Shown here piece by piece: positions 1 to 14,029 of a DNA stretch of 64,000 bases (its first letter is position 1; every line of letters starts with the position of its first letter). A program made the position numbers and the translations under genes. Origin of the DNA: Octopus vulgaris (lineage: Eukaryota); the NCBI GenBank assembly GCA_951406725.2, contig OX597820.1:105276001-105340000 (forward strand), written 5' to 3'. The notes beneath the pieces were generated by a model. It had not been told where the DNA came from, did not search any database, and worked only from the letters and a program-made list of their open reading frames with translations.

Positions 1-2514
1 AACGGTGGTAGCAGGGAATTGTATCAGACTGCCAGAAGAGAAACTAGGAGACAGGTTTATTTAGCCAGAGGGGAAGCAGATAAGAAAAAAATTGCCAATG
101 TTCTGTGCCATGAGGACCAAAGACTTGAGGTATTTCATGTTGCAAGACATTGTGTGAGAGAGAATCATGATGTTGTTGGAGAGAAATGTGTCCGCATGGA
201 TGATGGTTCACTTGCACTAAACAAGGCTGCAAAGAGAGAGGTTTCAAGACACCACTATGAAAGGTTACTCAATAAAGAAATGAATGGGAGAAAGAGAGTC
301 TGCAAAATGTCAACCCAACAGAGGGACCAGCTATCCAAGTTGACAGTACCTTGGTAGATAAAGAAATTAAGAGTATGAAGACAGGGAAAGACCTCAGCCC
401 ATCAAGAATCACTGCAGAGATGCTCAAAATATCTGGCAGTGTCGGCTACAGCCTAGTCACCTGTATAATAAACCAGGTGATACACAAAGGAGTCATATCC
501 AATGACTGGAGTAGCAGCACTATAGTCAACTGCTACAAAGGTAAAGGTGATGCTTTAGATACAAATAATTACAGAGGTATCAAGCTGTTGGATCAGGTAA
601 TGAAGGTCACAGAGAGGGTCATAACCCAACTAATTAAGGAGAAAGTCAGTTTAGATGAGATGCAGTTTGGGTTCATGCCAGGGAAAAGCACCACTGATGC
701 CATATTTCTGGTAAGACAGCTGCAGTCGAAATACCTAGCTAAAGATAAACTCTGTACTTGGCTTTTGTTGACATGGAGAAATCCTTTGACAGGGTCCCCC
801 AATCCCTTATCTGGTGGTCAATGAGGAAACTAGGAATAGATGAATGGTTAGTGAGGGCTGTGTAAGCAATATGCAGGGACGCTGTCATTAAGGTAAGGAT
901 TGGCAACGAGTACAGTGAAGAATTCTGGGTAGAGGTAGGGGTCCACCAAGGTTCAGTCCTCAGCCTCTTCCTATTTTATCATAGTCCTCCAGGCAATAAC
1001 AGAGGAATTCAAGACAGGATGCCCCTAGGAGCTCCTCTATGCTGACAACCTTGCTCTAATTGCTGAGTCACTATCAGAACTAGAGGAGAAGTTTCAGGTG
1101 TGGAAACAAGGATTGGAATCGAAGGGCCTCAGAATCAACCTAGCTAAAATCAAAGTCCTAATAAGTAGGAAGGCAGGCAAACCACAAATCCCTTCAGGTA
1201 GATGGCCCTGCTCAATCTGTAGTAGAGGCATAGGTAGAAACTCTATAAGATGTACCCAGTGTAAGCTATGGACACATAAGAAGTGCAGCAATATCAAAGG
1301 AAAGCTAACTGGGAAGATAGTTTTTGTATGTGGCAAATGCTCAGGAGCAATAAACACTGAAAATGAGCAGAGAACAACTTCCGCCACATTCCAGGGAGGA
1401 AAACTAGAAGTAGTTGATAACTTCCATTACCTAGGTGACCAAATCAGTAGCGGGGGAGGGTGCGATGAAAGTGTAGCTGCTAGAATAAGAATAGCCTGGT
1501 CAAAGTTCAGAGAGCTCTTACATCTGTTGGTGACAAAGGGCCATGCTACATGGCAGTGAAACATGGGCCGTGACTGCTGAGGACATGTGTAAGCTCACAA
1601 GGAATGAAGCCAGTATGCTCCGATGGATGTGTAATGTCAGTGTGCATATTCGACAGGGTTTAAGTACCTTGAGAGAAAAGTTGGACCTAAGAAGCATCAG
1701 ATGTAGTGTGCAAGAGAGACGACTGCGCTGGTATGGTCATGTGGCGAGAATGAATGAGGATAGCTGTGTGAAAAAGTGCTACACCCTAGCAGTTGAGGGA
1801 ACTTGTGGAAGAGGTAGACCCAGGAAGACCTGGGATGAAGTGGTGAAGCAAGACCTTCGAACATTAGGCCTCACTGAGGCAATGACTAGTGACCAAGACC
1901 TTTCGAAATATGCTGTGCTTGAGAAGACCCGACAAGCCAAGTGAGACCATAACTTCGTGGCCTATGCCAGGGGTGTAACCAGCCCACTTATGCATACCTT
2001 TCCTTCATTAGACACTAAACTCTGCTTGCGAAGACCTGTTGAGGCAAGTGAAATCGAAATCAAATTTGATGACTGGCATCCGTGCTAGTGGAGTGCTAAG
2101 AGCACCATCCAAGCGTGGTCGTTGCCAGAGCAGCTAACTGGCTTCCATGCTGGTGGCACATAAAAAGCATCATTAAGCGTGACTGTTACCAGCGCCACCT
2201 TACTAGCACATGGAAAAACATTCAACTAAGGTCGTTGCCAGTGGTGCTGGACTGGCTCCCGAGCAGGTGGCACGTAAAAAACACCATTTGAGCGTGGCCA
2301 TTGCCAGTACCGCCTGACTTGCCCTCTTGCCTGTGGCACATAAAAGCACCTACTACACTCTCGGAGTGGTTGGCATTAGAAAGGGTATCCAGCTGTAACT
2401 CTGCCAAATCAGATTGGAGCCTGGTGCAGCCATCTGGTTCGCCAGTCCTCAGTAAAATCGTCCAACCCATGCTAGCATGGAAAGCAGACGTTAAACGATG
2501 ATGATGATGATGAA
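1..2514 (+). mobile_element. RTE-clade LINE (BovB-like), decayed ORF plus 3' UTR ending in (TGA)n; 5' part beyond window
   Basis: Frameshifted ORF pieces give RT motifs (YKGKGDALDTNNYRGIKLL, QFGFMPGKSTTDAIF, decayed LYADD as 'ctctatgctgacaac'), a Cys-rich PHD-like insert (CSICSRG..CTQCKLWTHKKC) and the RTE C-terminus (RLRWYGHVARM..GRGRPRKTW, stop 1944). The 3' UTR has ~55-60 bp tandem units and a gatgatgatga tail. Confidence 0.93.
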
Positions 2515-3916
2515 CTGAAACGAAGGCAGTGTATTTTAATAAATATATGTTAACAAATAGGTTGATATCACAATTATCAATATTATCAGCTACAGTAATT
2601 TGGAAGACTGTATGAAAGTCAGGTTACAATCTCACTTGACAAATCAGCTGATGTTAGGTCCCAAACAGTACTTGAGGAATATAACCATATAGTTTTGGTT
2701 TATACTTGTACCATTTTGTAAGAAAATGCCTTCTGGGTAAGCTAAGTGTACAGCTGCATTTAAACTAAAAGTGATTCAAATTGCCAAAAAAGATCAAAGA
2801 ATCTGTTTTTCCATGCCTGCATAGATGGAATATGCTGAGGCACTGTTTCACAACAAGATACCCTTTCTGATGCTAACTTTTCAACAAAGCATCTCTTATT
2901 CCAAATGGCTTCAAAGATATGAAGCAAGCAGATGATTTGCTGCCAGGAGAAATGGACAACATCAACACCACCCCCTACATCTTTGTTCAATGCTAGCAGA
3001 TCAAAGATGCAAACAAGCACAAACACACATACACATATCATTCTTTTTCGGAATAGAGATTCTTGAAGCAGATAATAGAGCTACAAATAACAGCACGTTT
3101 ATATTGGGTTGAAGCACCCTTTTGGATAGAAAAAATAGAAGGTTGCCTTTGACTTTTTCATCTGTTACAAACCCCACAGTTCCAAAAATAATCATTTCAC
3201 ATCCTCTCCAACATTTATAAATTCTTATGATGTCATAATACACACATACACACCATCATATGTTTATTTTTCTATGCTGAAGTCTCTCTCAATGTTTCCC
3301 CACCTTAGCACAGCCCTTTATCTTGCCACCCACTATGACCCTTTACCTCGCTGCCCACTGTGGCCCTTTAACTCATAACCTGCCATGGTTCATCATTTAA
3401 CACACACACAAAACTGACTGTTGTTGCATACATTATGTTTAATGCCATTTTTTACTATTCTAGAGTCTGGGCTGAATGCAATTCATCATGTTGTTACTGG
3501 CACTAGAGTCCTGGTTCTAAAAAACACTATATAGTTGTTACAGTTCTCTCTACCCAACATTGTCTTCATTCATTCACTCATTCCTTTCTTTCCTTTTTAC
3601 ATGTTTTAACATAAATGATTATAAGGATTTCTTTTTTCAGCACAATGTCGCAAATATAGCTGGGAAGGAGGAGGAGAGAATGATATTTTATGTAGTTCAC
3701 AAAAGCTTTGGCAATGTAAGCAACTAAAAAAAAATGAGGTTGTCAGTTAAAAATCACTGACATTATATAACAAGTAGTTATTTTAGGTTTAGTACTTATT
3801 TTATCAAAATTAGCTGAATAAAAGACAAGGCAAATTGCAAGGAATCTAAATGCTGCACTGCTTTAAATGAGTGAAATTTGGCAGACAGAAACTGCACAGA
3901 ATCCTCTCTCTCTCTC

Positions 3917-4013
<97 letters not shown>

Positions 4014-4818
4014 GTGATCTTGTGTATACATACGAGTGTGTGTGTGCATGTGTATTAGTGTTCATGTTTGTGTATATGCTGAAGTTTATACACTAATAGT
4101 GTTATATTGGGTTCTTTTATGTTCCATAACTCAACAATTTGCCAGGCATAGAGAAATAAAGTGCCAAACTGAAATAAATTCTTGCGATCAACGAAAAGTA
4201 TGTTAGAAATTATTTTTATAAATTAGTGTACTCATTATCAAAAATTATACGTTTTATTAATTATAGTAAATATAGGGATTCTTCAAATTGCCATTGTTAT
4301 TGTTTTTATTGTTTTAAAGTCCACTATGAGTCGCAGAATTTCTACAGTCAGATGCCCTTCAATGCTGCAAACTCACTCGTTTCTGAAGTAAAGTAATATT
4401 TCCCTATAGCCCCACGGACAAATGAAAACCTACATCACTTGTAAGACAGTGATGCTTATCCACAACCATCACATGATGTCAAGATAAACTACACACACAC
4501 AATGGGGGGTTAGTTTCTATTCATAATGCTTTGATCAACTTGGACTCATAGTACAAGATGTTACAAGGTGCTGCACAGTGAGACTGAACCCAAATCACAT
4601 AATCATGTTGGTGCCAAATAAAATTAAATGTCAAAATCTTTTCTTACTTTTGAAAATATCTTGTAAGCCACACAATATAAAAAGTATATTAGAACTAAAA
4701 CAAAAGCAGATGCCTCCTACTGACACTCAGTCACTATTCATGGTTGACCAGCCTCCTACTTCAACATCATTATCTTATTTGTGTGACTGATCAAACACAC
4801 AAAACTAATTATCATATA

Positions 4819-4850
4819 CTAGCACTATGACCCGGCGTTGCCAGGTCATA
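4819..4850 (-). mobile_element. Possible Helitron 3' terminus (hairpin + CTAG)
   Basis: Minus strand reads tatgacctggc-aac-gccgggtcata-gtg-CTAG|T, a GC-rich hairpin just before CTAG followed by T. Confidence 0.4.
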
Positions 4851-4861
4851 AGGTGATAAGC

Positions 4862-5672
4862 CAGGTGATAAGCTGAAAAGTTCATAGGTTCACCAAATAC
4901 TCTCATGGAATTTGAAATGCCTTGTGGTCCACACTTCTTTCATTGGTGTTGCAGTGCTTGGATCTCATTGGTGAAAAAGCTTTCATCCTGTTGGTCAAAA
5001 AAGCCATCAATAACAGATGTGACATCATCATCACTAGGATACTGGATCCCTGCCAAGTGCTTTTTCATGTAGGGGAACAGATGATGGTTAGATGGGGCCA
5101 AATCAGGAGAATAGGGAAATTGATCAATCAGTTCAAAGCCACAGACATGCACAGCAGTCATTGAAACTAATGACTTTTGTGCTGGAGCATTTAACTGATG
5201 AAACAAAACTCCTTTTGCCAGTTTTCTTGAGTGTTTGGTCTTGATAGCCTTTTGTACCTGCGTCAGCAAGTTGACACAGTATTTTCCATTGATGGTAAAG
5301 CGTCAAGAAACATAATGCCTTCTGCATCCCAAAAGCTGAGGTCATCATCTTCCCTGCAGATGAAATGACCATGGCCTTCTTTGTAGCATGTGAGGAGGGG
5401 TGTTTCCACTGCATGGATTGTCTCTTTGTCCAACATTCATCCTGGATTTGGAAACATCCTAGGAAACCAGCTGGATCTGCCTCAAATAATGTCAGATTTC
5501 CCCATGATGTGATCAGCCTGGTATGCTTTCGATCTGGTGTCAGAAGATGTGGCACCCACCAAGCAGAAAACCTTTATCATGCCAAGTTCATTGTGCAGAG
5601 CATTCTTAACTCCCTCACAGGATATGCTAATAGCATTGGCTACTTGATTTATAGCCAATTGCCTGTCATCCA
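4862..5672 (-). mobile_element. Decayed mariner (DD34D-type) transposase
   Basis: ORF fragments include PYSPDLAPSNHHLFP, KLAKGVLFHQLNAPAQ, 'VPHLLT' (WVPREL-like) and QSMQWKH. Multiple frameshifts. Confidence 0.88.
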
Positions 5673-6624
5673 AAAACAAAAACAAAAAAAAATGCAGTTA
5701 TTAATAAGAGTTGAGATTAATTCGCAGTTCTTGCACATATGTGTGCATGCGTATGTGTGTGTGTGTGTGTTAAAGTAGAGCACAGGACAAAATGCTGGTG
5801 GAATTTTAACTACATTCCTTTTAGCTCCAAGTTCAAACCACACTAAAGTTGACAGGTAGAGATAAATATTAACAATTGTAAGACAATGTTTACAATATTA
5901 GCAGCTTAAGACTCAGTGCATTAATCTATCTAGTGTGATGCTTCATGGTTTTGTATTCAAATTCCTCTTCATTTACTTTGCCTTTTGTTCCAAATGGATT
6001 AAATATTGGGCTTGACTCAATTCTACCACCAAGCCTAAAGAACTATATCTTGTGAGAATATATCCATAATATCTAATTAACCTGTTTGAGTCAACTTCAA
6101 ACTTCCAATTTTTAAAGTGATCTGAATTAAAATATTCCATCAAAACATCATGTTTAATAATGATAAAGTTGTTTAACTGAATTCTTCATTTTCATAATTA
6201 ATCAAAACAATGAGCAAGTTTCTCAACAGAAATATATCAAAAACGGTTAAAATGGTTAGCTTAACACAAACTGCCCAGTTTAAAAATCAAGGCTGTTAAG
6301 CCACAGTCAGAGTTCTGGAATTGGAGCAGTAAGAATGACTCCAACTCCAACTGAATGTGAACTCCAATATAATGCATTAAAATTTCCAGAAAATTATCAC
6401 ATCCAATTCAAGAGCTTTTATGAAAAAGGATCTGATGGAAGGAATTGTGTTTCTAAAAGTAAAATAGTAAATAAGGGAGTTAGATTTTTCAGATTCAACT
6501 CGTATTCTAGACACAATTATTTCTTAATAAATTTTGTAGGGATAAACTCTTCAATTTTTTACAATACAAATTTTATTTCATCTTCCATGTTACATACATT
6601 TGAATTTTAAATTTCAACACTGTG

Positions 6625-6810
6625 CAAGTGACACGTAAAAAGCACCCACTACACTCGCGGAGTGGTTGGCGTTAGGAAGGGCATCCAGCTGTAGAAACAC
6701 TGCCAGATTAGACTGGAGCCTGGTGCAGCCCCTGGCTTCCCAGACCCCGGTCGAACCGTCCAACCCGTGCTAGCGTGGAAAACGGACGTTAAATGATGAT
6801 GATGATGATG
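6625..6810 (+). mobile_element. 5'-truncated RTE 3' tail
   Basis: Matches 2335-2514 (aaagcacccactacactc..ggaagggcatccagctgt..ggacgttaaa(tga)n). Related copies lie near 27725-27855 (+), 44660-45000 (+), 41570-41770 (-), 31410-31880 (-) and 39490-39690 (-). Confidence 0.85.
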
Positions 6811-7802
6811 ACTGCTTTAGTTTTAAAATAGAAGGATTATGCATCAAATTGCATTTTTTAAATTGTCATTTGCTAAATTGCTTTCAGTATCTAATCATTC
6901 AGTTTTAATTTTGGTGTACAATAAATTTTTAAATAGTAAACAAATGTTCTTCATTTTTTTATAGTGCTTTTACTTTTCAGTATTTAAACTGGCCAAATTA
7001 TTCTACCTGTTTTATGTTCAAACTGGCCGGATCTGGTCTCTTTCATCGACCCTATAATTAATCACATCCTCAAAACCGTGAAGCAATAAGATAATGCTTG
7101 ATTAGTTCAAAACAATATGAATTAATAAGTTTTCATTTGACAGAATAATCTGAATACTAAAGGGTTAAAGTTTATTTCAATAAAAAGAACCTCCTTTTTA
7201 AAATTGCTAATGTTTAGTCTCATACTTAATATATTATACTTTTAAAAAGCCACAACAGCAAAACTTTTAATTCTAAACTCAACAGGCTAGGGTGCTAAAA
7301 AGTAGCCTAATGATTCACAATGATCATGTATGTTGTGTGCTCTCAATCAATATCATAAATATATTATGATTAATCTAATTACAAACAGAGGAGTTAAGAG
7401 CTGATAGTAGTATAAATTGATGAGTCAGGATTGATGGTTTTGTGTCTTGATTCCATAGTTCTGGTCCAAATATCATTTAGGTTAATGTTTTTTATCCTTC
7501 TGAGAATATTAAAACAGGTAGAGCAACTAAGGGTTGGCTATTGTTGTTAGACCAACAATGTATTTGATATAACAGTCACTTTTTTTAGCTCATGAATCCA
7601 TGCAGGAACCTTAACAGATAACAAAACTGCAATACATTCTGTAGCTTAGTCATTTCAAAAGGAAATCCTGTTTTTTTTCCTTACCCTAGGGAGATTTAAT
7701 AGCAGGAAGAGCATTTGGTTGTAAAACCACAGTAATAACATCTATGAAATTTTATGCAAAAATATTGAAATCAAAAACCAATTATTCTTCTGCTATTCTA
7801 CT

Positions 7803-7878
7803 GCTTATGGCCATATCCTGTTGAGTCCTCTGATCACCAAAGTTAAGTAATATCTTGGGAAACCTAGGTGTTGTAAGC
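7803..7878 (+). pseudogene. Internally deleted 5S rRNA-derived sequence
   Basis: gcttatggccatatcctgttga ... ctgatcaccaaagttaagtaa ... tgggaaacctaggtgttgtaagc aligns by eye with the 5' end, box A region (GATCACCGAAGTTAAGC) and 3' end (TGGGAATACCGGGTGTTGTAGGC) of metazoan 5S rRNA. Two internal deletions. Confidence 0.7.
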
Positions 7879-8289
7879 AAAACTTTTTCCAAGTATGCAT
7901 CAGCTGAATGGAGTTGAGGTAGATTTTCTACAGCTAGATGCCCTTCCTATTGCCAACTCTTACCTGTTTCCAAGCAAGGTAATATTTCCCTATAGCCAAA
8001 CGTATTTTTGCAGAATGTTGGAATTGGATGGCATTACAACAGTCATATTTACATACAAACAATAGGCTTCTTTCAGTTTCCATCTACCAAATCCACTCAC
8101 AAGTCTTTGGTCAAGTCTGGGGCTCTAGAAGACATTTGCCCAAGATGCCATGCAATGGGACTGAGCCTGAAACCACATAGTTGGGAAGCAAACTTGTTAA
8201 CCACACTGCCATGAGTGCTTTACACCACCAGAGGGACTGGTCTTAACACTTCTGCAGTGGAGTATGGATCTTCTTGAATACAGCAAGGT

Positions 8290-9025
8290 GTCAGGCATCT
8301 CAGTCCTTTGTCATCTTGTCTGAATAGTTCAGCATCCTGAGGTCGTTCTTCAGTACTTCATCTCATGTCCTCCTTAGCATCCCACTTCCATGTGTTCCAT
8401 CTACTCTGAGAGATCGGCCCTTCTTTATGGAGCTGTTGGCACCCATCTGCATCACATGACCAAACCAGTGCAGTCTTCTCTCTTGCACACAGCAACTAAT
8501 TCCTCTTATGCCTAGCTTCTCTCTCAATTCACTGGAACTGTCAAACACGTACACTTACATTACATATCCAGCAAAACATACTAACCTCATTCCTCTCTAA
8601 CCTTTGCATGTCCTCTGCATTCAGAATCCATGGCTCACTACTTGTAGAACTGCTGTCCGTATACATGCATCATACAATCTTCCTTTCTCTCGGAGAGAGA
8701 AACCTTTCATAGCCAACAAAGGTAACAGCTTGCTGAATGTCCTCCATCATATTCCAGCTTTCACACTCTCCATGCATCCTCCCCCACTGTTAATTTGGTA
8801 CACTGGGTAGTAGAAATTACCTACTGCCTCTAATGAGCCACCAGGGCAATTTCCTATCTTCTCTGATAACCTTCCTATTAATCCACTGCACCTAGTTTGT
8901 CAATAGCTTACACTGGGTATACCATATGATGTTCTTGCCTATACCTTTCCTACAAATTGAGCAAGGCTACCTACCTGAAGGGGGGTAGGGTCTAGTCTGT
9001 TTTTTTTTGCTTATTAGAACCTTTG
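8290..9025 (-). mobile_element. Old RTE LINE 3' fragment
   Basis: LREKLGIRGISCCVQERRLHWFGHVMQM is homologous to ORF 1543-1944. Confidence 0.85.
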
Positions 9026-9034
9026 TAAGACACA

Positions 9035-9245
9035 CAAGGGGGTGGAAAGTTCCTGGCTTTGGGTAAAAGAAAATACAGGAGGATCAGTTAATTATGATTT
9101 TATTGAACATAATCCTCTTTCAGCTTCACACACTTATTACAGTGGTCGTTCAGTTTTTCTAAGCCTTGTAAAAGAATTCAGAGGGTTGGGCCTCCAACCA
9201 GACCTGCAATAACCTTAAAGCCAGGAACTTTTCGGCAACCCCTTG
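9035..9245. mobile_element. Tc1/mariner-type MITE
   Basis: Imperfect TIRs caagggggtggaaagttcctggcttt / aaagccaggaacttttcggcaaccccttg, with TA at the right end. Confidence 0.65.
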
Positions 9246-9275
9246 TATATGTATATGTGTGCGCATGTGTATGTA

Positions 9276-9315
<40 letters not shown>

Positions 9316-10269
9316 GATGGATGGCAGTCCATCAGTTATGATGATGAGGGTTCCAGTTGATCCAATCAACAGAAGAGCCTGCTCATGAACTTAATGTGCC
9401 AATGGCTGAGCATTCCACAGACACATGCAGCCTTAGTTCTCAGAGAGATTCAGCATGACACAGAATGTGACAAGACTGGCCCTTTGAATAACAAGTACAA
9501 CTCATTTTTGCCAGCAGAATGGACTGGAGCAATGTGAAATAAAATGTTTGCTCATGGACACAACACACTGCCAAGAATCAAACTCACGACCTTACGATCA
9601 CGAGCCGAATATCCTAACCACTAAGCCACAAACCTCCACAATAAATAGATAGATATAGATATATGATCACGTCTTCGTGTTTGCTGCCCCAGCACTTGAT
9701 AACCAATGTTGGTTTCCTTATGTCCCCATAACCAAGCAGTTCTGTAAAAGAAGCTGATAGAATAAGTGCCAGTGATGGGGCCAATTTAATCAACTAAATA
9801 CTTCAAGGCTGTTGTCCAATGACTGAAGCAAGAAGTAGAATAAAAAGACATATAGAGTAACTGCATAGAGGCATTATCAGTTCAACAAGCTTAACTTTTT
9901 CAGAGGAACAAGAAACATATAACTGCATAACTCCTATATCCTAGCAATTACAAACTAAGTTGATATTGTATTTAGGCCAAATGGCCTAAATTCACTTCAA
10001 GTATTTTGTTTTTTATATTTGTTCGGACACTTGAGTCTATACAGGTCCAGCTTTCCCAGCAGTGGAAAATATAATTAAGATTTTATAGTGGACTAAAACA
10101 GATTAATCGCTCTTCCATTTTTTAATATGGAAACTGATGTTAAGCACTGGCTTTCTACTTGAATCACTATGAAATCCGAAAGGACAAAATGTATTTCACC
10201 AAGATTCATGTTATCACTTGGTAATTAAGACTCCAGTTAATATATACATTCAGGTAGCTCCAACAACTT

Positions 10270-10810
10270 TATTATTATTATTAAGTGAGAGAGCAGTGCA
10301 TGCCATCAAAGCCCAGTATACCCATCATGACTATCCATCTGATAAAGGTACACCAGGCATATGCATCACAACCATATGTGCACAACATGGTGATCTCATA
10401 TCAAGATAAACAGCACATGACCTTGCAGGTGGGACCCAGTTAGAACTTTCTTCAGTTGAGTAACCAATCCTGCTCAAAAGGTCCCTGAATAAGGGTTGTT
10501 TAAGGATGTTGAACAAAACAACCATGTTTCCAAAGGTGAATTATCCAAACCCCAAAGAATTCCTTTCAACACATGACTATGATGCTCCCCCACTACTTCA
10601 GCTCATATCAGAGATGCACATAACGTCAGCCACTAAAGGACATGTTCAACTGGTTATGGTCAAATAACTGACAAGCAAATCTGTGGTATTGAGCAGAAGA
10701 TCTGCTGTAGCCCATCTTTTATACCAAGACAAAACAATGTACATGATAACACTTCCAATCAGTTAAGATCAGAAGCCAGGAGAGCCACTGCCTGGTACTG
10801 CATCAGGGCA
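10270..10810 (-). repeat. Unclassified interspersed repeat with (TAA)n tail
   Basis: Partial copies at 11280-11390 and 61530-61690 (opposite strand). It ends in an ATT/TAA microsatellite like a non-LTR 3' end. Confidence 0.55.
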
Positions 10811-10844
10811 ATCATCGTTGTCACCATCATCATGATTATTATCA

Positions 10845-12390
10845 AGGCGGTGAGCTGGCAGAATCATTAGCACACCAGATGAAATGCTTAGCAGTATTTT
10901 GCCCATTGCTATGTTCTGAGTTCAAATTCCACCATAGTTGACTTCGCCTTTCATCCTTTCGAGGTCAATAAATTAAGTACCAGTGAAACACTAGGGTCGA
11001 TGTAATTGACTTATCCCCTCCCACAAAATGGCTGCCCTTGTGGCAAAATTTGAAACCATTATTATTAAGGTAGTGAGCTGTCAAAATACTTAGCAAGTTG
11101 AGCAGAATGCTTAGCAGCATTTCGTCCATCTTTACGTTCTAGGTTCATATTCTGCCTTTCATCCTTTTGGGGTCAATAAAATAAGTACCAGTTGAACACT
11201 GGAATCAGTGTAACTGACTCATCCCCTCCCCCAAAACTGCCGCTCTTGTAAAATTTGAAACCATTATTCTTATTATTAAAGGGTGAGAAAGCAGCATGTA
11301 CCATCAAAGTGACACTGGGGGGACAAATATACAAAGCCCAAACACCCATCATGACTATTCATCTGTTAAGGGTACACCAAACACATGCATAGCAAACTGG
11401 CAGAATCGTTAGCATGCCAGACAAAATGCTTAGTGGCATTCTGTCCATCTCTACGTTCTGTGTTCAAATTCTGCCATGATCAACTTTACCTTTCATCCTT
11501 TCAGTGTCAACAAATGAGGTACCAGTGACACACACTGGGGTTGATGTAATTGACTAGTGTCCTCTCCCAAAATTTCAGGCCTTGTGCCTTTAGTAGAAAG
11601 GATTATTGTTGTTGTTGTTGTGAGGGCCCATGCATAGTGGTTAGGGTGTTGCACTCACAATCTAGCAATTGTGATTTCAATTCCTAGACAAGGTGGTGCA
11701 TTGCATTCTTAAGCAAAACACTTCATCTCACATTGCTCTGCAATCACTTCAACACCTGATGCGTGGTACACAGTGCACCTGTTCAGATGCTGATTTGATG
11801 GAGAAAGTGAGTGGCATAAACATTTTATCGCTATAAACAAGTCATGTGAAGGTCATTCAACAATAGCTGAATGTTCATATGTCATCTTCGATGGAAGAGT
11901 CCATCATTATTACTATAATAATAATTATTATTATTAAGGCAACAAGCTGGCAGAATTATTGGCACACCCTACAAAATGCTTAGTGGCATTGTCTGTCTCT
12001 ATACTCAGGGTTGAAATTCTGCTGAAATCAATTTTGACTTTCATCCTTTTGGAGTTGATAAAATAAGCACCAGTTGAGTACTGGGATTGATGTAATTTAC
12101 TACCCACTCACCCAAATTTCAGACCTTGTGTCTATATCAGAAAGAAGAATCCTGATGATGACTATGATGACACTGGTGGTGGTTGTGGTTATGGGGTGCT
12201 GGCAGATAGCCAGCAGAATCATCACCATGCAGGAAAAGAATCTTAGTAGCAGTTCTTTTGGCTCTTAATGTCCTTTTGGGGGTCATATAAATAAGTTCTA
12301 GTTGAACACTAGGGGGGTGGGGGTGATGTAATTGAGTTGCCACCCACCATCCACTAAAATTGCTGCCTTTGTACCTATAGTAGAAAGAAT
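10845..12390 (+). repeat. Cluster of ~5 copies of a tRNA-derived SINE (family B) separated by (ATT)n
   Basis: Repeated ggcggtgagctggcagaatc..gagttcaaattc (B box)..gcctttcatcctttcggggtcgataaattaagtaccag at about 10845, 11068, 11395, 11938 and 12195. Confidence 0.8.
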
Positions 12391-14029
12391 TATCCTTCTC
12401 ATGCTTATGATTATTATTATTAGTTAGACTGAGAAGTAGTAGTGCCATAGTCTTCAAAATCATATCCAGATTGGTGAGATTAATGCAGATGGTGAACTTT
12501 ATAGATCTTCAGAGCAAATCAACAAAGGTGGGTGAGCACGGAATTCCAGAGGGTTCCAACTTAGGGGAAGAATGATTGGAAAAAGTGTTTAGTGTAGGAT
12601 TTGAGAGATGAAACATAGCAGAGATAAGAAATGGAAGAGAAATGTGTTTTAAGAGGAGAGAGGTACCGTAATAATGAAAAAAAAAAAACACAAAAACACA
12701 CACACAGAAAAAACATCTATAACCAATTGAAACAGCTGAATCATCTTTTGGGTAGGGCTTCAGCTAAGTAGTTATGTTCCAGATATGTGAGCAGTACACC
12801 AATGTGGGCCAAAGTTGAATTTTACAGTGAGTCACGAACTGATCAAAGCTAAAGTATTTATTTTCAGGCTCAGCAACGTAATCCTACTTTTGGAGGATGG
12901 TGTTTTGGTAAGGTTATACAGGCAAGCCTCTTAGCAGTTACAATGATTTTTGAAGATTTTAATTGGGGCAGAGGTCATTTATTAAGAGAGGGTGGGTTAA
13001 AGATGGTTTCTATGACATGTGTAGCAAATGTACCAGGATAGTGTTAAAAGAAAAAAACTATGTTACTATTGTTCGTTTATTTATGGAGGCAGCGCAAGTC
13101 TGTCACTAGGTTAGATGCGAATGGTGCTACATCCAAATGGTTAAAAAGTGAAAGATGGCAAGTTATTGTTCAAGCCTGACTGATCTAAGATACTCCAACC
13201 ATGACCATCACATTTTCCCTATGTGCAGGAAACCCAGAACCACATTATTCAACATGTCCATTTTTGAAGTTTGCATGATGTGACTCGAGAGACATCTGTT
13301 TATTTCTGGCAAGTCAAGTGACCATGTAGAAAGAAGCCTGTTTATTACACTTGTCATTTGTGTAGGAGTGTGTTGCTAGATATAATAGCAAGATAATTAA
13401 CATATAGAAAGAAGAGTGTAGGAAATGTAACAGAATTTTAGGATAAACCAGAGTTGACAGAAATATGGAGGAGGGGGGGATCATGAGCCAGATGGAGCTG
13501 TGAAATATTAATACAATTATGTAGGGAATACAGTTTATTAAATAAGCTTATGTATCAAATCATACACCACTTGTGTAAATTATATTACTCCAGTTCTCTA
13601 CTCACAGCACCAGAAAAACAATTTATATTCTCACTAATCACTTCAGATAAAGATAACAGTACTTGGCTAACCCAGTACAAAGAATAAGCTTATCTGAGCA
13701 TGAAGCTAATGAATAGGCTTGGCTTGCCTTAACTTTGTTAATCTAACAAGAATCAGCAGTGTTTATACTGTGTACAAATACTGAATCTTAAAAATGTAAC
13801 AGATCTAATATCAACATTGGCTATTCAAAGTTAATATGAACCCATTAATGTCTGAAGATTGTTTAAATATATTGTTCACCTTATAGTTCATGTGCTGATA
13901 CAGATATATTTGAAATATTAAGCTAACAATAGACTGATCAATTTATCAATCGGATTCCTAAGAAGAAGAAATAGGCTCTGTTTGACTTAACATCTTGCTC
14001 TCCAGTCAGGTGGCACTGGCAACAACCCA

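Noticed and set aside
2060-2360. Regularly spaced ~55-60 bp repeats superficially like a CRISPR array
   Set aside because: Degenerate tandem units within the RTE 3' UTR; the intervening parts are similar to each other, the context is eukaryotic and there are no cas genes.
3796-4096. ORFs rich in YI/SL/RE/HT dipeptides (also ~19.0, 28.7, 35.2-36.8 kb)
   Set aside because: They are translations of (TA)n, (CT)n and (CA)n microsatellites.
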